Source: Camelus ferus
Taxonomy: Eukaryota
Assembly (NCBI RefSeq): GCF_009834535.1
Contig: NC_045696.1
Location: 59,026,001-59,090,000, forward strand
Length of the DNA stretch: 64,000 bases
Reading direction: 5' to 3'
Below are positions 1 to 12,954 of this stretch, piece after piece; position 1 is the first letter of the stretch, and each line of letters begins with the position of its first letter. The translations under genes and the position numbers were made by a program. The notes under the pieces are model-generated. The model did not search any database. It had not been told where the DNA came from and saw nothing but the letters and a program-made list of their open reading frames with translations.

Positions 1-2599
1 CATAACCAGAGAGTGGGCCATGATGACCCTGACAGGGCTAGGTTCAAGCCCATGCGACTGACCACAAAATACAGGGATAGCTTCTAGAAAATTGAATTTT
101 TGAAAAGATTACTTAGATTAATTTTTTGATAGGTAATACAATCACATGATTTGAAACCTTAAAAGGATAGAGAGGTATAAAAAAATAGGTAATGACAAGT
201 CTCTTTCCATTGCCTGTCCCTTACCAGGCCAGTTACTACCCACCATATAAGTATGTATTTTTTTAGTTTCTAATAAATAAGGTCTTGACTGAATTAAGCA
301 AGTCAGCTATACTCACCTCCAGGCCTGAGGAATGGGGAAGAGGAAAGATGGGTTTGTCAGTCCCCTGGAGAGTGTCATGAAGTGGCAGGGAGAAGCAATT
401 GTCACGGAAGAATGGCGCCTGTGCGGTGCTTTTGGGGAGGCAGGCTGTTGGGAGATGGTGCCGGAAATGATGGCTTGGTTCTTACTTTGTGTTGTGAAAA
501 AGGGTCAACTTCAGGTTGGGTATCCAAAAGGTGCGTAAACTTCTTATGCCCCCAGAGAGTCCACTCTAGACCAGAAAAGCTTGACTCTTTCTGTCATGAC
601 CACTCACTTTCTTAGGGAGCCCCTAGCCTCTGGGAATTCTGGTAACACTTCCTGCCTCTCACTGACTTCCCATGGCAGCCGCTTCACCGACACTGGAGCC
701 CACCCCGGCCTGAGCAGGACAGGGAGCTCTTGCCCCAGGAGCCTAGGGGAGGCAGGCCAGTCTGGAGCCCAGAAGGATCAGGGCTGCCTGAGGCTGAGAG
801 CCCATTACTCTCAGTGGCAGGATGCAAGCGTGAGAGCAGTGTTTATTCCAAAGTTGTTTTCTGTCAAGAGCCTCTCAGCTGGGTAAAGGGCCAGGGACAG
901 GCTTCCATTTCCAAGGTTGGTGTTTTTCCCTTCCTTTGGCTGGACAGGGAGAAGTGGAAAAAACCAGCACTGCCTTGGCCCTCGGCTTCTTTGGAGCTGA
1001 TTTTGCTGCCCCTGGCAGAACCTCCCCCAGAGTAGACGTGCGAGCCACGAATGCAGGCTGTGGCAGAGTCAGAATCCTCAGCTCTGCCCAGCTGGGTCAC
1101 TGGACCCATGCAACTCACCCAGGCCTCCTCTAAGGCGAAGACCCCTGACAGCACTCGGGGCTCAGGCCACTGCTGCTCCTGCCCCCACCCCACACCTTGG
1201 CCACAGAGAACCTACCTCTCTAAGTACACCTGCAGATGGGTACTGGAGATAGTGCTCCATCTCTAAATAGATGGTACTTAATTAAAAAGCTGAAAAAATA
1301 TCTTCCAGCCAGGACTAAATGCCAATACAATGGATTCTCAGTTATCTCTCTGCTGCAAAGGAAATAACTGTAGTTCTATTTCTATTTGTATATAAGAGAT
1401 ACCACACACATCAGATTTATCCTCTTAATTTTGTCCTTTTTAAAAACACTTACCACACGCTGTTAAGTGAACAAGACAGATACCCTAGAGTCTTATAGCT
1501 AGTGGAACCCAGCGAGGAGCAGTTCCAAGATACTACTGCCTTCCCCTCTCTGCTCCCTCCTCCAGGACCACTCACTCCCCTTTGAGAGCCTCCCCAATTA
1601 TCCAACCCCTTCTGAGCTCTCTCACCTCCCAACTTTCTGCACTTACACTGTTATCTAAAGTGATAACATTTTAAAAACCAGCAGACATTTATCTGATCAC
1701 AGGGCAGGCTGTTTAAAATCAGGCCTGTTCCAGAAAATCTGGGGCAAACTAATCACCATTACATCACCTTCCATATTTCTTTCTGCCCTATGGCAAGCAC
1801 AGTGACCAGATTTTCCATGCAAAATCAGCACACATTATCTGACAAGAGATTCATGGGCAGCCTCCAGGTGCAAGAAGCAGTCGGTGTTATAAAGTCTGAA
1901 CATCAAAATTTTGGAACTCCAAAAGGATATTTGGATGACTTTACTGGAAAAAAAAAAATGAGACTTTTAAATCACATGGCTCACAACAATGTGAGATGAC
2001 AGCACCTATATCAGTAACATGGGTTATGCTGCTGCCTTTTCCAGGCACATTTGGCACAACTCCCTACAGGACTGCGTTACTCAAGAGGGGGAACTAGACA
2101 TTACACCTACTTAGAAGCTGTCTCCATGTCCAGCATGACTAAGTCCACTACTGAGCGGATGGTTGACTGATGCCTCTCCTCTCTACTCTTTATGTCCCAG
2201 CTCAACTGTCATGTCAGAAGGCCCTTTCTTTCTTGTCCCAAACGAGGTCACGCTGCTATGTGCTCATGGCACCTCATGTTCTTTCTTCAGTGGGTCTCAT
2301 CACAGTTTATAATTCTTCCATCTGCAGTTACTCCCGCCTGCCTCACAGCACTAGACCGTAACTGCTTGTGGAAAGACCTACACAGGTTTGGCTCACCAGT
2401 GAATCATCAACTCCCAGCACACTGCTTGCCATGTAGTAGGTGATCAACCAGTATTTTGAAATTAATGACCTGATCTTTCTGGGAGGTCCCAGGACTTCAT
2501 ATTTCTCCTTTGCACCAACTTTTTTTTACTAATTACTTGAATGAAGACAGCAAAGCTGCTCATGAGAACTAAAGTTGGCATCAATACTGGGGTCATAAC

Positions 2600-3320
2600 A
2601 TGTGGGCTAACAGAATCGACATCCTAAAAGAACAAAGGTCCAAATGAATAGAAATTTAGCAGAGAACAAGTATCGTGAAGGTTCTAAATCATCAACTAGA
2701 AATAATCGGAGTGGCAGGGGCAGCTCATGTGTCAAAGGAGCTGGGCGAGAGTCTCCTAAACATTATTCAGTCTTAAGATGCATTAATAGAGCATAGTGTG
2801 CAAACAAGGAGGGGGCAGCCCCATTCTGTCCCACCACCACTGACAGGATGCTCCCAGGTACAGATGCCACATGTTAACAGGACACTGATGAAGGGGCTCA
2901 TGATCTGTGAGGTGATGACCATGCCCACTGCCCTCCTGGCACCTTGCAGGTGCTCAACAGTTGTTTACTAAAGGAACATAAAGGCTAGTTGATGGAAGGA
3001 GGTATATTTAGCCTGAAATAAAACATGCCACAAGGAGGACATACCTGTCTTCAAATATATGAAGAGCTCTTGCATAAAAGATTCTATCTGCTGCATAGCT
3101 CCAGAACAGGGAAGAATAGGTCCAAAATCTAAGCAGACTTAGGCTGATACAAAAAAGGATAGCATGCCTGAACAATGAAAGGGACTAAGTGTAACATGAC
3201 AGATCCCCAACCCCGGAAGTGCTCATAAGGAGGCTGGAGGACCACCTGGCTGGGATGTTGTCAAGGGAAACTTCCTACCCTCTGAGATGCCTTTCACCCC
3301 AAATCTTAGTCTTCTAAGAA
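2600..3320 (+). mobile_element. Ancient CR1/L3 LINE fragment
   Basis: Degenerate L3-like motifs: gatgcattaatagagcatagtg, tttagcctgaaa, gtcttcaaatatatgaagagct, aggctggaggaccacctggctgggatgttg. Confidence 0.55.
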
Positions 3321-3379
3321 TTTACAGAGTTGAATGCATAAAGGTGAGAACGAACTTGAAAGAAATATTCCATTCATAT

Positions 3380-3955
3380 TGTGAATAACCTTTGTGCTAC
3401 AAATACAGAGCTTGGAATGATCTGTTCCTTGAAGGGTTTAATGAACTCACCCACAAAACTATCTGGATCCAGCATGTTTTCAGATGTTTCCTCAACCTTC
3501 CAGTTTCTTCCACTAGACTTTTCAGGTCTTCAATTTCTTTTTTAGTCAATTTTGGTAGTTCCTGTTTTCTTAGAAAAAAAATTTCTTTCAAGATTTCTAA
3601 ATATATTATCAGAGTTGAATGTGAAAATCTCATTTTTGTCAACTCCAGATCAGTGGTTAGAGTCTCATTTCTAAATTTTATGTATATTTTCTGTTTTTCT
3701 TTGATTGGTCTAGTTGGGTTTGCCTAGTTCTTATTTTTAAGACTAATCCTTAAATGTATTCACTAATATCATTTTTCTACTTTGTAATGAATTAATTTCT
3801 TTTATATAAAAATCTTGCTTCTGCTTTCCTTTGGTTTGTTTTATTATTTGATTTTTGTGAGCTGAATGTTTGGTTCATTAATTTTTAGTATTTTTTGTTC
3901 AATAATAAAACCATTAAAGGCTATGAAGATACCTCTGATATTGGCTTTAGCCAGT
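3380..3955 (-). mobile_element. Old L1 ORF2 fragment (region between EN and RT), inverted relative to the adjacent fragment
   Basis: Minus-strand ORF 3397-3642 contains LPKLTKKEIEDL (L1 LPKLxQEEIENL-like); GCTAAAGCCAATATCAGAGGTATCTTCATAGCC resembles the AKAVLRGKFIA region. Confidence 0.65.
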
Positions 3956-4040
3956 TATAAACTACTCAAAAAGCAAGACTGTTTTCATATCTAGTACCTA
4001 TTACCAGTTAGAAAAGATCTACATGTGCAGGTGCACGTGT

Positions 4041-4065
4041 ACACAAACACACACTCACACAAACA

Positions 4066-4128
<63 letters not shown>
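4041..4128 (+). repeat. (CA)n microsatellite; pure AC run 4069-4128
   Basis: Directly visible. Confidence 0.98.
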
Positions 4129-4129
<1 letters not shown>

Positions 4130-4827
4130 ATCTAGGAATAAACTTAAGATATGCAAAGGTCCTATGTAACGAAAGTTTAAAAACTTTCTAAACAACATAT
4201 GAGAAGTCTTGAATAAATAAAGAAAAATACTTTATCCCTAGCTTAATAGTAATCAGTGGGATCATACTGTTAAATATGGAAATGTTAAAAAACCATAATT
4301 AAAGTCATTTTGGTTCTGATACAAAAATAAACACATTATTAATAAAACAGTGCCAAATATCCAAAAGCAATCTCTATACATGTGCCTTTAGTACATGGTA
4401 AAAAAGTGCCTTTAAATGAATGGGAAAAATAATGAATTATTGAGTAAATATGGATCATTTGAAAAAACCATATTTAAGAGCCCTACCTCACACTACACAC
4501 AGAAACATCCACTTTGATTAAAATGTTAAAAGTTAAAAAAATATCTAGAAGAAATGCATATATAATCTTAGAGATTCCAAGTGATACCATTGGCAGAAAC
4601 CATAAAGACACTTACCCACTTAAATTTAAACTTTTGTACAAAAGTAAAATTATGACCAAAATGAAACAAATGAAAAATATTTGAATTATACATAGAAAAC
4701 AAAGGTGGAAGTTCTTAATATATAAAAAGTTTATATGACTAAATAAAAAAGTACATAAAGAAAAAAAATAAAGGGTATGGGCAGTAAGTTCATGAGGCAG
4801 CCAAACATATTAAAAAAGTTTAATTTA

Positions 4828-4852
4828 GTAAACTGACTATACTTCAATTTTT
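4828..4852 (+). mobile_element. Extremely 5'-truncated young L1 3' terminus with 15-bp TSD
   Basis: gtaaactgactatacttcaattttt lies between two copies of aaaaagtttaattta (4813-4827, 4853-4867) and matches the L1 end at ~40399-40420. Confidence 0.75.
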
Positions 4853-7800
4853 AAAAAGTTTAATTTAAAATTAATCAAGCAAATGTGAAATAAAATGTGA
4901 TATCGTTCATTATTAAAGTTTGTTAATTTCATAGGTAAAGTGATAACCAATGCTTATGAGAATATGGGAAAATTAAATTCTATAAACACTGATGATGTAA
5001 CAATTTGAATTTCATTTTTCTTAGCTATGAAATTAGCAGATCAAAGCTGATCTTATGAGGCTGTCTTAACAATTTGGAAATAGCTATCAAGAGACTTAAA
5101 AAGATCCAGTAAGTCTAGTATTTGTTTCAGATACCAGGAGGGTAAGGCAGAGGGCAGATGCGAACTGGGGCCCAGAGAAGGATTCTTGCTCAGAGAATTA
5201 TCAAAGATGTCTGTGATGATGGATGTAAGTTTATGTAAAAGATCAAATATTATCAAGCCAAATGTCCCAAACGTAGTCTATTTAAAATAACTCTCCAGCC
5301 AGGTGGGAGCCACTGGGAATGGAAGCTGGTGGGGGCCTCAGAGGTGGAAACAACACCACGTCCCAGAAGGAAAGTTCCCTCAGCAGTGTCTAAAGGAAGG
5401 AAACTGTGAAGCTTTGAAATACGCATTTTTTTTAATGTAAAAGGTAAATTTTGGATGCCAGATCAATTCAGAGGAAGAAAGGGATACTGATACTATTATA
5501 CTGAAACCAGGATGAAAACAATGAAGGATATTCTCTGCTCATTAAAACAGAGAAGCCAAAATAAGAAGCATACCCTTTGTTACATCTGGTCCATTGGACC
5601 AGCTTTACCCTCCAAGAACATTGGAGAAAATGGATGAGTTCTGTTTTTTAATATGAAAAATAATTTTCTAGCTCTAAGTTATTTTGGAAGAAAAGTTTAA
5701 TTGAACAATTATGGGCTGAGAGCATAATCTATTTTAAGAACTGTTCTAAAGCATAAAAAATTAATTAAAATTAAACAATTATGGTACAAAAGGATGAAAT
5801 ATTATACAACTATTAAAAATTATAATCTTGAGGCATACGAGAAAACATTAATTAAATATTAGTTTATATAAAAAGGCAACTCATAAAACTAGTTATTTAA
5901 TATGTATAATACAATGTTGAATAACCATATACATTCTTCCTGTTATAAAAGAGAAACATTAAAAGGAAATATACAAAAATGTAAACAGCTGCTATTTCTG
6001 GTGGTAAGATTATTTTTTCTATACTTTTCTGTATTTCCAAATTTTTTTTACAGTGAATATATTTTACTTTCTTGAATAACACCAAAAAATTGAAAACTGA
6101 CTGAAGTTCAAATTATGCAAATTTTCTATGAGCACATTTTTGGGGGGAAAGTAAATTAAAAAAGAGAATGGCTGTGACTAACAGTCCCCTCAGAGAGGAA
6201 GGCTGAGGGAATGGCATGCCATACTTGTCTGTAAGAAAATCCGGCTGAAATCGGCATGGCTGGTGACCAAGTGGAATAAGACCAAATGGGCTGCGGCTGG
6301 AGCAGGGCTGGGAGCATTCTCCACGGAAGGCCCTTTGCAGCAGAGGGGCTGAGGCTTCCGAATGGGAGCTTTGAACAATGTCCTCACTCCCTAGCTGCTG
6401 GCCAGCAGGACCGTGGAAAGGACTTCAAAGGACAACCAAGTCCATCCATCACTTGCCCAGCAGGCAGCCCACACCCATACCCAGAGAACCTCGCATTGGT
6501 TAACTCATCCTGCAAGGATGCAAGTCAGTGGTTAACTCCAAGCCCTGAGAGAAATAGCCACTGGCAGTCCTGGCCAAATCCTCTCAGATTTAACTGCTTT
6601 CAACCTTTGAGCTGGAGTCTGGACCTGGGCAGAGCCACCACCCGTCCCCAGCTGAGGCTGCCAGGGCTTTGGCAGAGTCCCGGGAACTGAGCTCTGTCCA
6701 CGGAGCGAGACAGCTCTGGGCATGGAAAAGCAAGGGGAGGCTGGGCGCCAGGCTCTTCTCCAGCTGTTTTCAATAAGGCTCCACTTCTGAGGTTGCTGGC
6801 AGACCTCCGGAAAGATCTGAACCAACCTCACATAATGTTTTCCATCAAACCCGCAATTAAGTAATAGTCTCTTAACTCATGAACTGCACACGAAACCTTT
6901 TTCCTATCACTTCTCAACTCCTCTCCTAAGCAACCTACCAGCAGGTCAGGCTGGGGTTACAGTGCTTTTGCAGGGTCAGTGGAGACCACAGCACAGGCCT
7001 CCCGAGGCCATTACCACACCTCCTCCTGCTGCACAAGGATGGAGGGGGTGGACATCTGGCCTCACTCTATATACACCACATTATACACATCATTTCATTT
7101 AATCCTCCCAGTGGTCCTGGAAGGTCAGCATTACTATGCTAATTTTACAGGTAATAAAAATGAAGTTCAAAGAAGATAAGTAATTTGTACAAGTTCCTTG
7201 AATTCATGCTTTTTCCACTCCAGCCTTTCAGGGAGGTCAAACAGGCTCATAGGCGAGAAAGTTCCAGATATCAAAAAGCTATTCCAAGACCATCTCATCT
7301 TTTGGCAAGATACTTCACCAGTCCTCCCCTCCATCCCCAAAGTATTCTTGAGAGCACAGTGAAGCACCACAGCCTTATTTTGTAATTGAATAAATTAATG
7401 ACTTCTGCAATGACCTAGGATGGATCTCACTTTCTCCATGAAGTCTTCTGAGAGCTTCTTGCCAATAGCTTTTGTCACACATTTTATAGTATTTTATACT
7501 CTGACCAAAGAGCATTGGGTCTTATTCACTGACTAGGGGCTGTTCATGCACTCACTTGACAAAGGCTTACAAAGGACTGTTCCCTGGTCCTGTACTAGAC
7601 ATTTGTAAGAGATACATAGATGATTAAGTGGTCTCAACTCAGCGAGCACCTACTCTCAGAGAGGAGACGGAGAAGCCAGATGCAACAGGAAATCTTATAA
7701 GACAAGTGTGCACACCCAGATTTGACCACCCTGATCAATGCTTAGGGAATAGGAACCGAGTCTTCAGTGTTTCCTGCTCACAGGATGCAGCCCTGTATCT

Positions 7801-8386
7801 GTTGCCTCCCTCTGTTAGAGTCAGTACAGACAGCCCCTGTCTGAGGAAGCTTCCTCTCTACTGGGGGAGACAGTATCCACCTCTAAAGATTCCTCCTTGG
7901 GACCCAATGAAGACAAAGTGACAAATACACTCTGAGTAAGAATATGATTCAAATGGGAAGATTAAAATTGATAAATACGTGGGCTAGGACCTGATGTGTG
8001 GAGAAGAAGAGAGAAAAAGTAGAACAAAGAGCAGTTCCAGACTTGACCCTGTATGACTGGAGGAATCTACAAGCCTGAGACTAGGAAATTGAGCCCACCC
8101 CTATGTCAGTCAGTGTCAGACACGGGGACAAGGCAGACGGCCCTGAAGAATAAGGCAGAGGGCAGATGCAAACTGGGGCCTAGAGAAGGATTCTGGCTCA
8201 GAGAGCTGTTTGGAAGATACAGAAAAGGCTCAGGCTATGAGCTGAGGCAGGAAGAAGCTGGTGGAGACAAACTGAAAAAGTTTGCAGCTCACAAATCAGA
8301 GAGCTGAGTCTCATCCCTTAATGAAGGCAGTGCGAGCCAAAGACTAGGCTTTTGGAAAGTATTAATGCTTAAAAATGCCCAAAGCC

Positions 8387-8696
8387 GTGGAATTTAAAAA
8401 ACAAAAACAAACAAACAAACAAAAAAACAAAGTGTAAATACAGGACGGAAATAGACTCATAGACATAGAATACAGACTTGTGGTTGCCAGGGGGGTGGAG
8501 GGTGGGAAGGGATAGACTGAGATTTCAAAATTGTAGAACAGATAAACAAGATTATACTGTATAGCACAGGGAATCACAGAGGAAAAAATGTGATAATGAG
8601 TGTGTATATGTCCATGTATGACTGAAAAATTGTGCTGAACACTAGAATTTGACACAACATTGTAAAATGATTATAAATCAATAAAAAATGTTTTTA
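8387..8696 (+). mobile_element. 5'-truncated young (camelid-type) L1 3'UTR
   Basis: Perfect TSD aaaaatgcccaaagcc at 8371-8386 and 8697-8712 at a TT/AAAA site; motif tatactgtatagcacagggaa; A-rich tail. Confidence 0.92.
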
Positions 8697-8719
8697 AAAA
8701 ATGCCCAAAGCCTTTGTCC

Positions 8720-8990
8720 TCATAATCCCTCTACTGCAAACTAATCAACCCCAAGGAAATGATATTAATTCTGAAACTGAAAGCTTCATGTATAAAGATG
8801 TTCACCAGAATTTAATTTATAAACGGAAGTACTGGAAACCACCTAGATAACCACCAATGGAGGAATGATTCAGTAAATTGTAGCATATCAAATTTAATGG
8901 AATATTAACCATTAAAGTTATATTGACAGAGTTATTTGAAAAATATGTTGGGTGAAAAAAGGCAGGATAGAAAACAGTATAAAGGATTTT
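8720..8990 (+). mobile_element. Old L1 (L1M-type) 3' fragment
   Basis: tgtataaagatgttcacc, ctggaaaccacctagataaccaccaatggaggaatgattcagtaaattgt. Confidence 0.6.
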
Positions 8991-11900
8991 TAGATTGTTC
9001 TAGGACAGTATAAATGATTTTTAGAGCGGTGCTATGGACTGACCCGTGATCCTGATCGTATTACTAGGATAATGCCTACCATTTCATTGGGGAACGACTC
9101 TGTGTTGGCACACTTCTACTGCATCACCTTTCCCCTTCAATACTGCTGTGAAGTAGGAATCATCATTCCCAGCTCACTGCAGAGCTTAGAGAACAGATCT
9201 CCTGGCTGCAAAGCCTGTGCTCTTTCTAATCTTACCACTGCCCTATGGCACGGAGGTTCTTGGTTCCCTATCTTGATGTTTTATGATCATTTGAGCCCTG
9301 GCAAGTCCAAGTTTACAAGCACAGGGCTGACCATTGCTCCCTGAAGAAGGCAAGTTGAACTAGGCCTCCCAGAGGCACTTACCCACATTCTGCCACAGCT
9401 AGAATCTGGTCTCCCCACCCACACCTTTGACCCCTGAGGCTTCGGAGAGATCATGCCTCTCCCCTGACTAGGGGACACTGAGAGATTCAGGCAGCATGAC
9501 CAAATGTAGAACAGAGAGATCTCATGGCCACAGGGAGATGAGTTGAAGAGCAACCGGAGGGGCCTGCACTGGTTTAGGAACGAGGAAGGGCAGACGCCCA
9601 GGGGATCTGAGTTTTGGGTCCAGGGGGGCAGGGATCACAGAGCAGAGGACAATGACAGAGCCAGGATCCTCCACTCTTTAGCCCAAATAGCATCTCTTAC
9701 TGCCTTGAAAACGCAGATACTTCCCCTTACTTAGGCATGGGAAATGGGGACGTATCCACAGGTTCATACCAGAGCAGAGGTCCTATTGGTTATGTCCTGT
9801 GATTGCATCTCCTGAGCAAATGAGTTTACCTTGGTTGGACAGACTGGGTCTTGTTCCTGACCGTGATTTTTAGGAAGCTTACAGTCACACTTGAAGTCCA
9901 TCTTTATCAACTCTACAAGACTATATGGCATTTATTTCTGTGTGCTCATTGTACCCCAGATCTGTTTTTCCCACCCTAACTTTCCTTCTGCTCTTTTCTG
10001 ATCCCTCACCTCCACCTCAGGAGAGGATTCAAAGCACTATAAAATTCAAGCTATATGGGGGCAATATCACCCCTAAGGGGGTGAAAATTGGTTTGGGGAG
10101 GAGGGGCAAAAAGTCTTACTCTTTTTATCTATAAAGCACTATATACATTCACATACAGTTCATGAAAACAGCATATATCCAACTGATCTCTATGAGTCAC
10201 CAATGTGCTTGAGCAATAAATACCTTTCCCAATCTGAGATTGTCAGACACATCATTCCCAGAAGTAAATTACACAGGACATGGAAGTCCAGTCCCCTCCT
10301 CCTCATCCACCGCCTCAGCCACACCCACGTCTTCCCCCGTGTGCAGCTGAAACCTGCAGCCCTGACCTTTGCTTCCACCTCTCCAGGCCAATAATCTCAC
10401 TTCAGCGGCTTGAAGAAGAACCTGCGTAGGGATAGTGTGTTCAGATGCAGATTCTGTGGTCTCACCTCAGTGGGGTTGGGATGGGACCCTCCAAGCACCC
10501 TAGTGGGCTCTGATGGACCCCACTTTGAGAAACACTCTCTACACAGCATCTCCACCAGTGATTCTGGCACCTAGGTGTCCAGATTTCACCCCAAACTCCA
10601 AAAAGCCTCATGCCATGGCTGTTAAAAATGAAGGGGTTGGGGTGGGATGCTGATTGATTTGACTTTATTATAAGAGCTTTGCCCTAGGTAAGTTGTTAAT
10701 CAAGCACAATGTTCATTACGCGTGGGGGGGACCCACCGGCTCTAGGTCATTATGTTCGCCACTTCCAGAAACCAGTGTCTCCCCTCTCCTCTCCGGACTT
10801 AACTGTAGCAAGTCTCCCTATCTCCTGGCCCCACAGAGCATGGCACTGAATGGGATGGTGTCTGCCCCCAAGCAGCCTGGCTGTGGAGGCTGCAGCCACA
10901 GAACCAGTCTCGACGGCCTCAACCTCCCCTCCCTGCTCATGGATGAGGCAAGGCCAGCATGACCGGCCTCGGAAAGTATGTTCAGGTGCCTGGGTCCCTC
11001 AGCCTCATGCCTTTTCCATCAGGATCCAGATTTGATTTGCTTTTCCTTGCCTTCCTGGCTCCAGCTCCTCCAGGCTTATTTTTCACTCCCCTGTCAGGCT
11101 TCCCAGGGTTGGAGGGGCTGGGTGAGCCAAGTCCTTCACACTTCACGGGCCCTGTGCCAGCCGCCTACACTCCAGCACTCTGTGGGCCCCCACCCTACTC
11201 CCTCCGGGTCAGCCTGCCCTGATCCTGCTGGAGTTTTCTGAAGGGGATGGACCTGCATTTCCTAGAGGTGCAGGTCAGAGACCCTGTGTGTCACCCAGTG
11301 AGAGAGCATGAGAGGGCCCATTTCTCAGCCTCACACCACTCAGCCAGTGCTGGCAGGACACAGGATATCTGTTCACATTCCTGTGTCCCACCCACTCTCA
11401 TTTCAGAGTGTCCTCAAGCAGAGGCGAGGGACAGGGAGCGAAGCTGAAGGAGCCATCAGGTCTGACATCCCACCTTCCCAGAAGGCATCCCAGCACTCGA
11501 TGCCGGGGTGTGTGGAATGAGTGTGGAGGGGCCGGTTCACAGCCTCAGCGATTGAGAGTGGGACTCTCTTGAATGGAGGGATGGCCTCTTGGTCCTCTGT
11601 CATCCTTTTATCCCAGGGGGCACCAAACACCCTGCCTAGAGTTACTGTTTGCTGAACTCAGTTAACCTGCAAACCATTGACTCAGGTCAGCCTTCCTGAG
11701 TGTCACAACTTCACGTACGCTGGGGGCGAGTTGGTGGGCACACTAATACCACTAGGTCTCTACTCTAAAACCTTGTTTAAGTTTTATGTTTATGGAATTG
11801 TGGAATGCTAGAGCAGGAAGAGGCATCAGAGTCATCCAGTCCAACCTCTATTTATGGATGAGGAAACTAAAGCCCAGAAATCAGAGCAAATTAGAGACAA

Positions 11901-12954
11901 AGACCCAGATCTATGACCAGCAGCCCAACACTCCTGCTAGTGTCACACCACTGGTCCTAAGAGAAGCCAACTCTCTGTGATAACCAGCAAACTGCCAAGC
12001 AAAGATGCTTGTGAAGGACGGCATTTTAGCATCACTAGGCTGACTACAGTGCTCTAGTGTATTTAAATGCATCCTTGTTAGCTATGATCTAACCACAGGC
12101 CTTACTGAATACCTGCCATGGCAGGGTACCCTTCTAGATGCTGTGAAGAACCCAGAAATGAGTAAGAAATCACCCCTAATGGGCTTTCATTTTAGTGGCA
12201 AGCACGTAAATAACCAGAACATGAAGCCAAAGGTAAAAAGTATAAGAAAGCCCCAGGTGATTCAGAAGGAAGGAGACCATAACTGGCAGAGAGAAGCAGG
12301 GTGGGCTCCCTGGTAGAAGTGACTTTTGGAAGAGCCTGGGTAGCACTCTTGTATATTTGGGATCCAGATTCCAGTTAGAAATATGACAGAAGTCAGAGAG
12401 GCAAAGCCTAAGAACTGCTCAGAGATGGTGGGCCCAGGTCATAGTGCAGTTGGGAAGAGCACTGATCCAGGAGCCTACCCCGCGCTGTGGACAACACTGA
12501 ATGCCAAGCCGGGAGCCTGACCCCAAACCACGGAAGGCTTCTGGGCTGAGGATAAGTGCTCAAAGAAGAACCCCACAGTAGACGAAGCCTGGAAGGGGCT
12601 GAGTGAGGAGTACCTGGGACCCCTGGCAGGTTAGCCCAGCCCCATGGCAGGGTCTCATCCCTCAGGGGGTGCTGACCACGTTTCAGCTCCGCTGTCCACG
12701 AGTGGATAGGCAGAGTCAACTCATAGAAGCTAATTAGAGACCCGACCTCATCCTTCAGCCTAGTTCTCCCTGAGAGCGCTGTGCCCTGGGAGTCACTGGG
12801 CCTCCATTCATACGTTTCATTCCATTTAATTCTGCCTCTCCCTTCCCAAGAGCTTAGAAATGGGAGACAGAGTAATTAGCACTTTCTACCTTCTAATAAA
12901 CATAGAAGGGCTTTGTACACTATAACATGCTGTCCAAATGTATAGTATATTATT

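Larger units (their letters stand above)
3960..5290 (+). mobile_element. Old L1 ORF2 C-terminal/3' region fragment
   Basis: A-rich; tctaggaataaactta (LGINL), cttgaataaataaaga, ccctacctcacactacacacag, aacaatttggaaatagctatcaa. Confidence 0.65.

Noticed and set aside
157..166. Perfect CArG boxes ccttaaaagg (157-166) and ccattaaagg (3911-3920)
   Set aside because: Both lie in AT-rich L1-like debris, and a few such 10-mers are expected by chance in 64 kb.
10050..10540. Possible MER5/Charlie-type DNA transposon fragments (e.g. ccactttgagaaacact)
   Set aside because: Too degenerate to assign a family or boundaries by eye.
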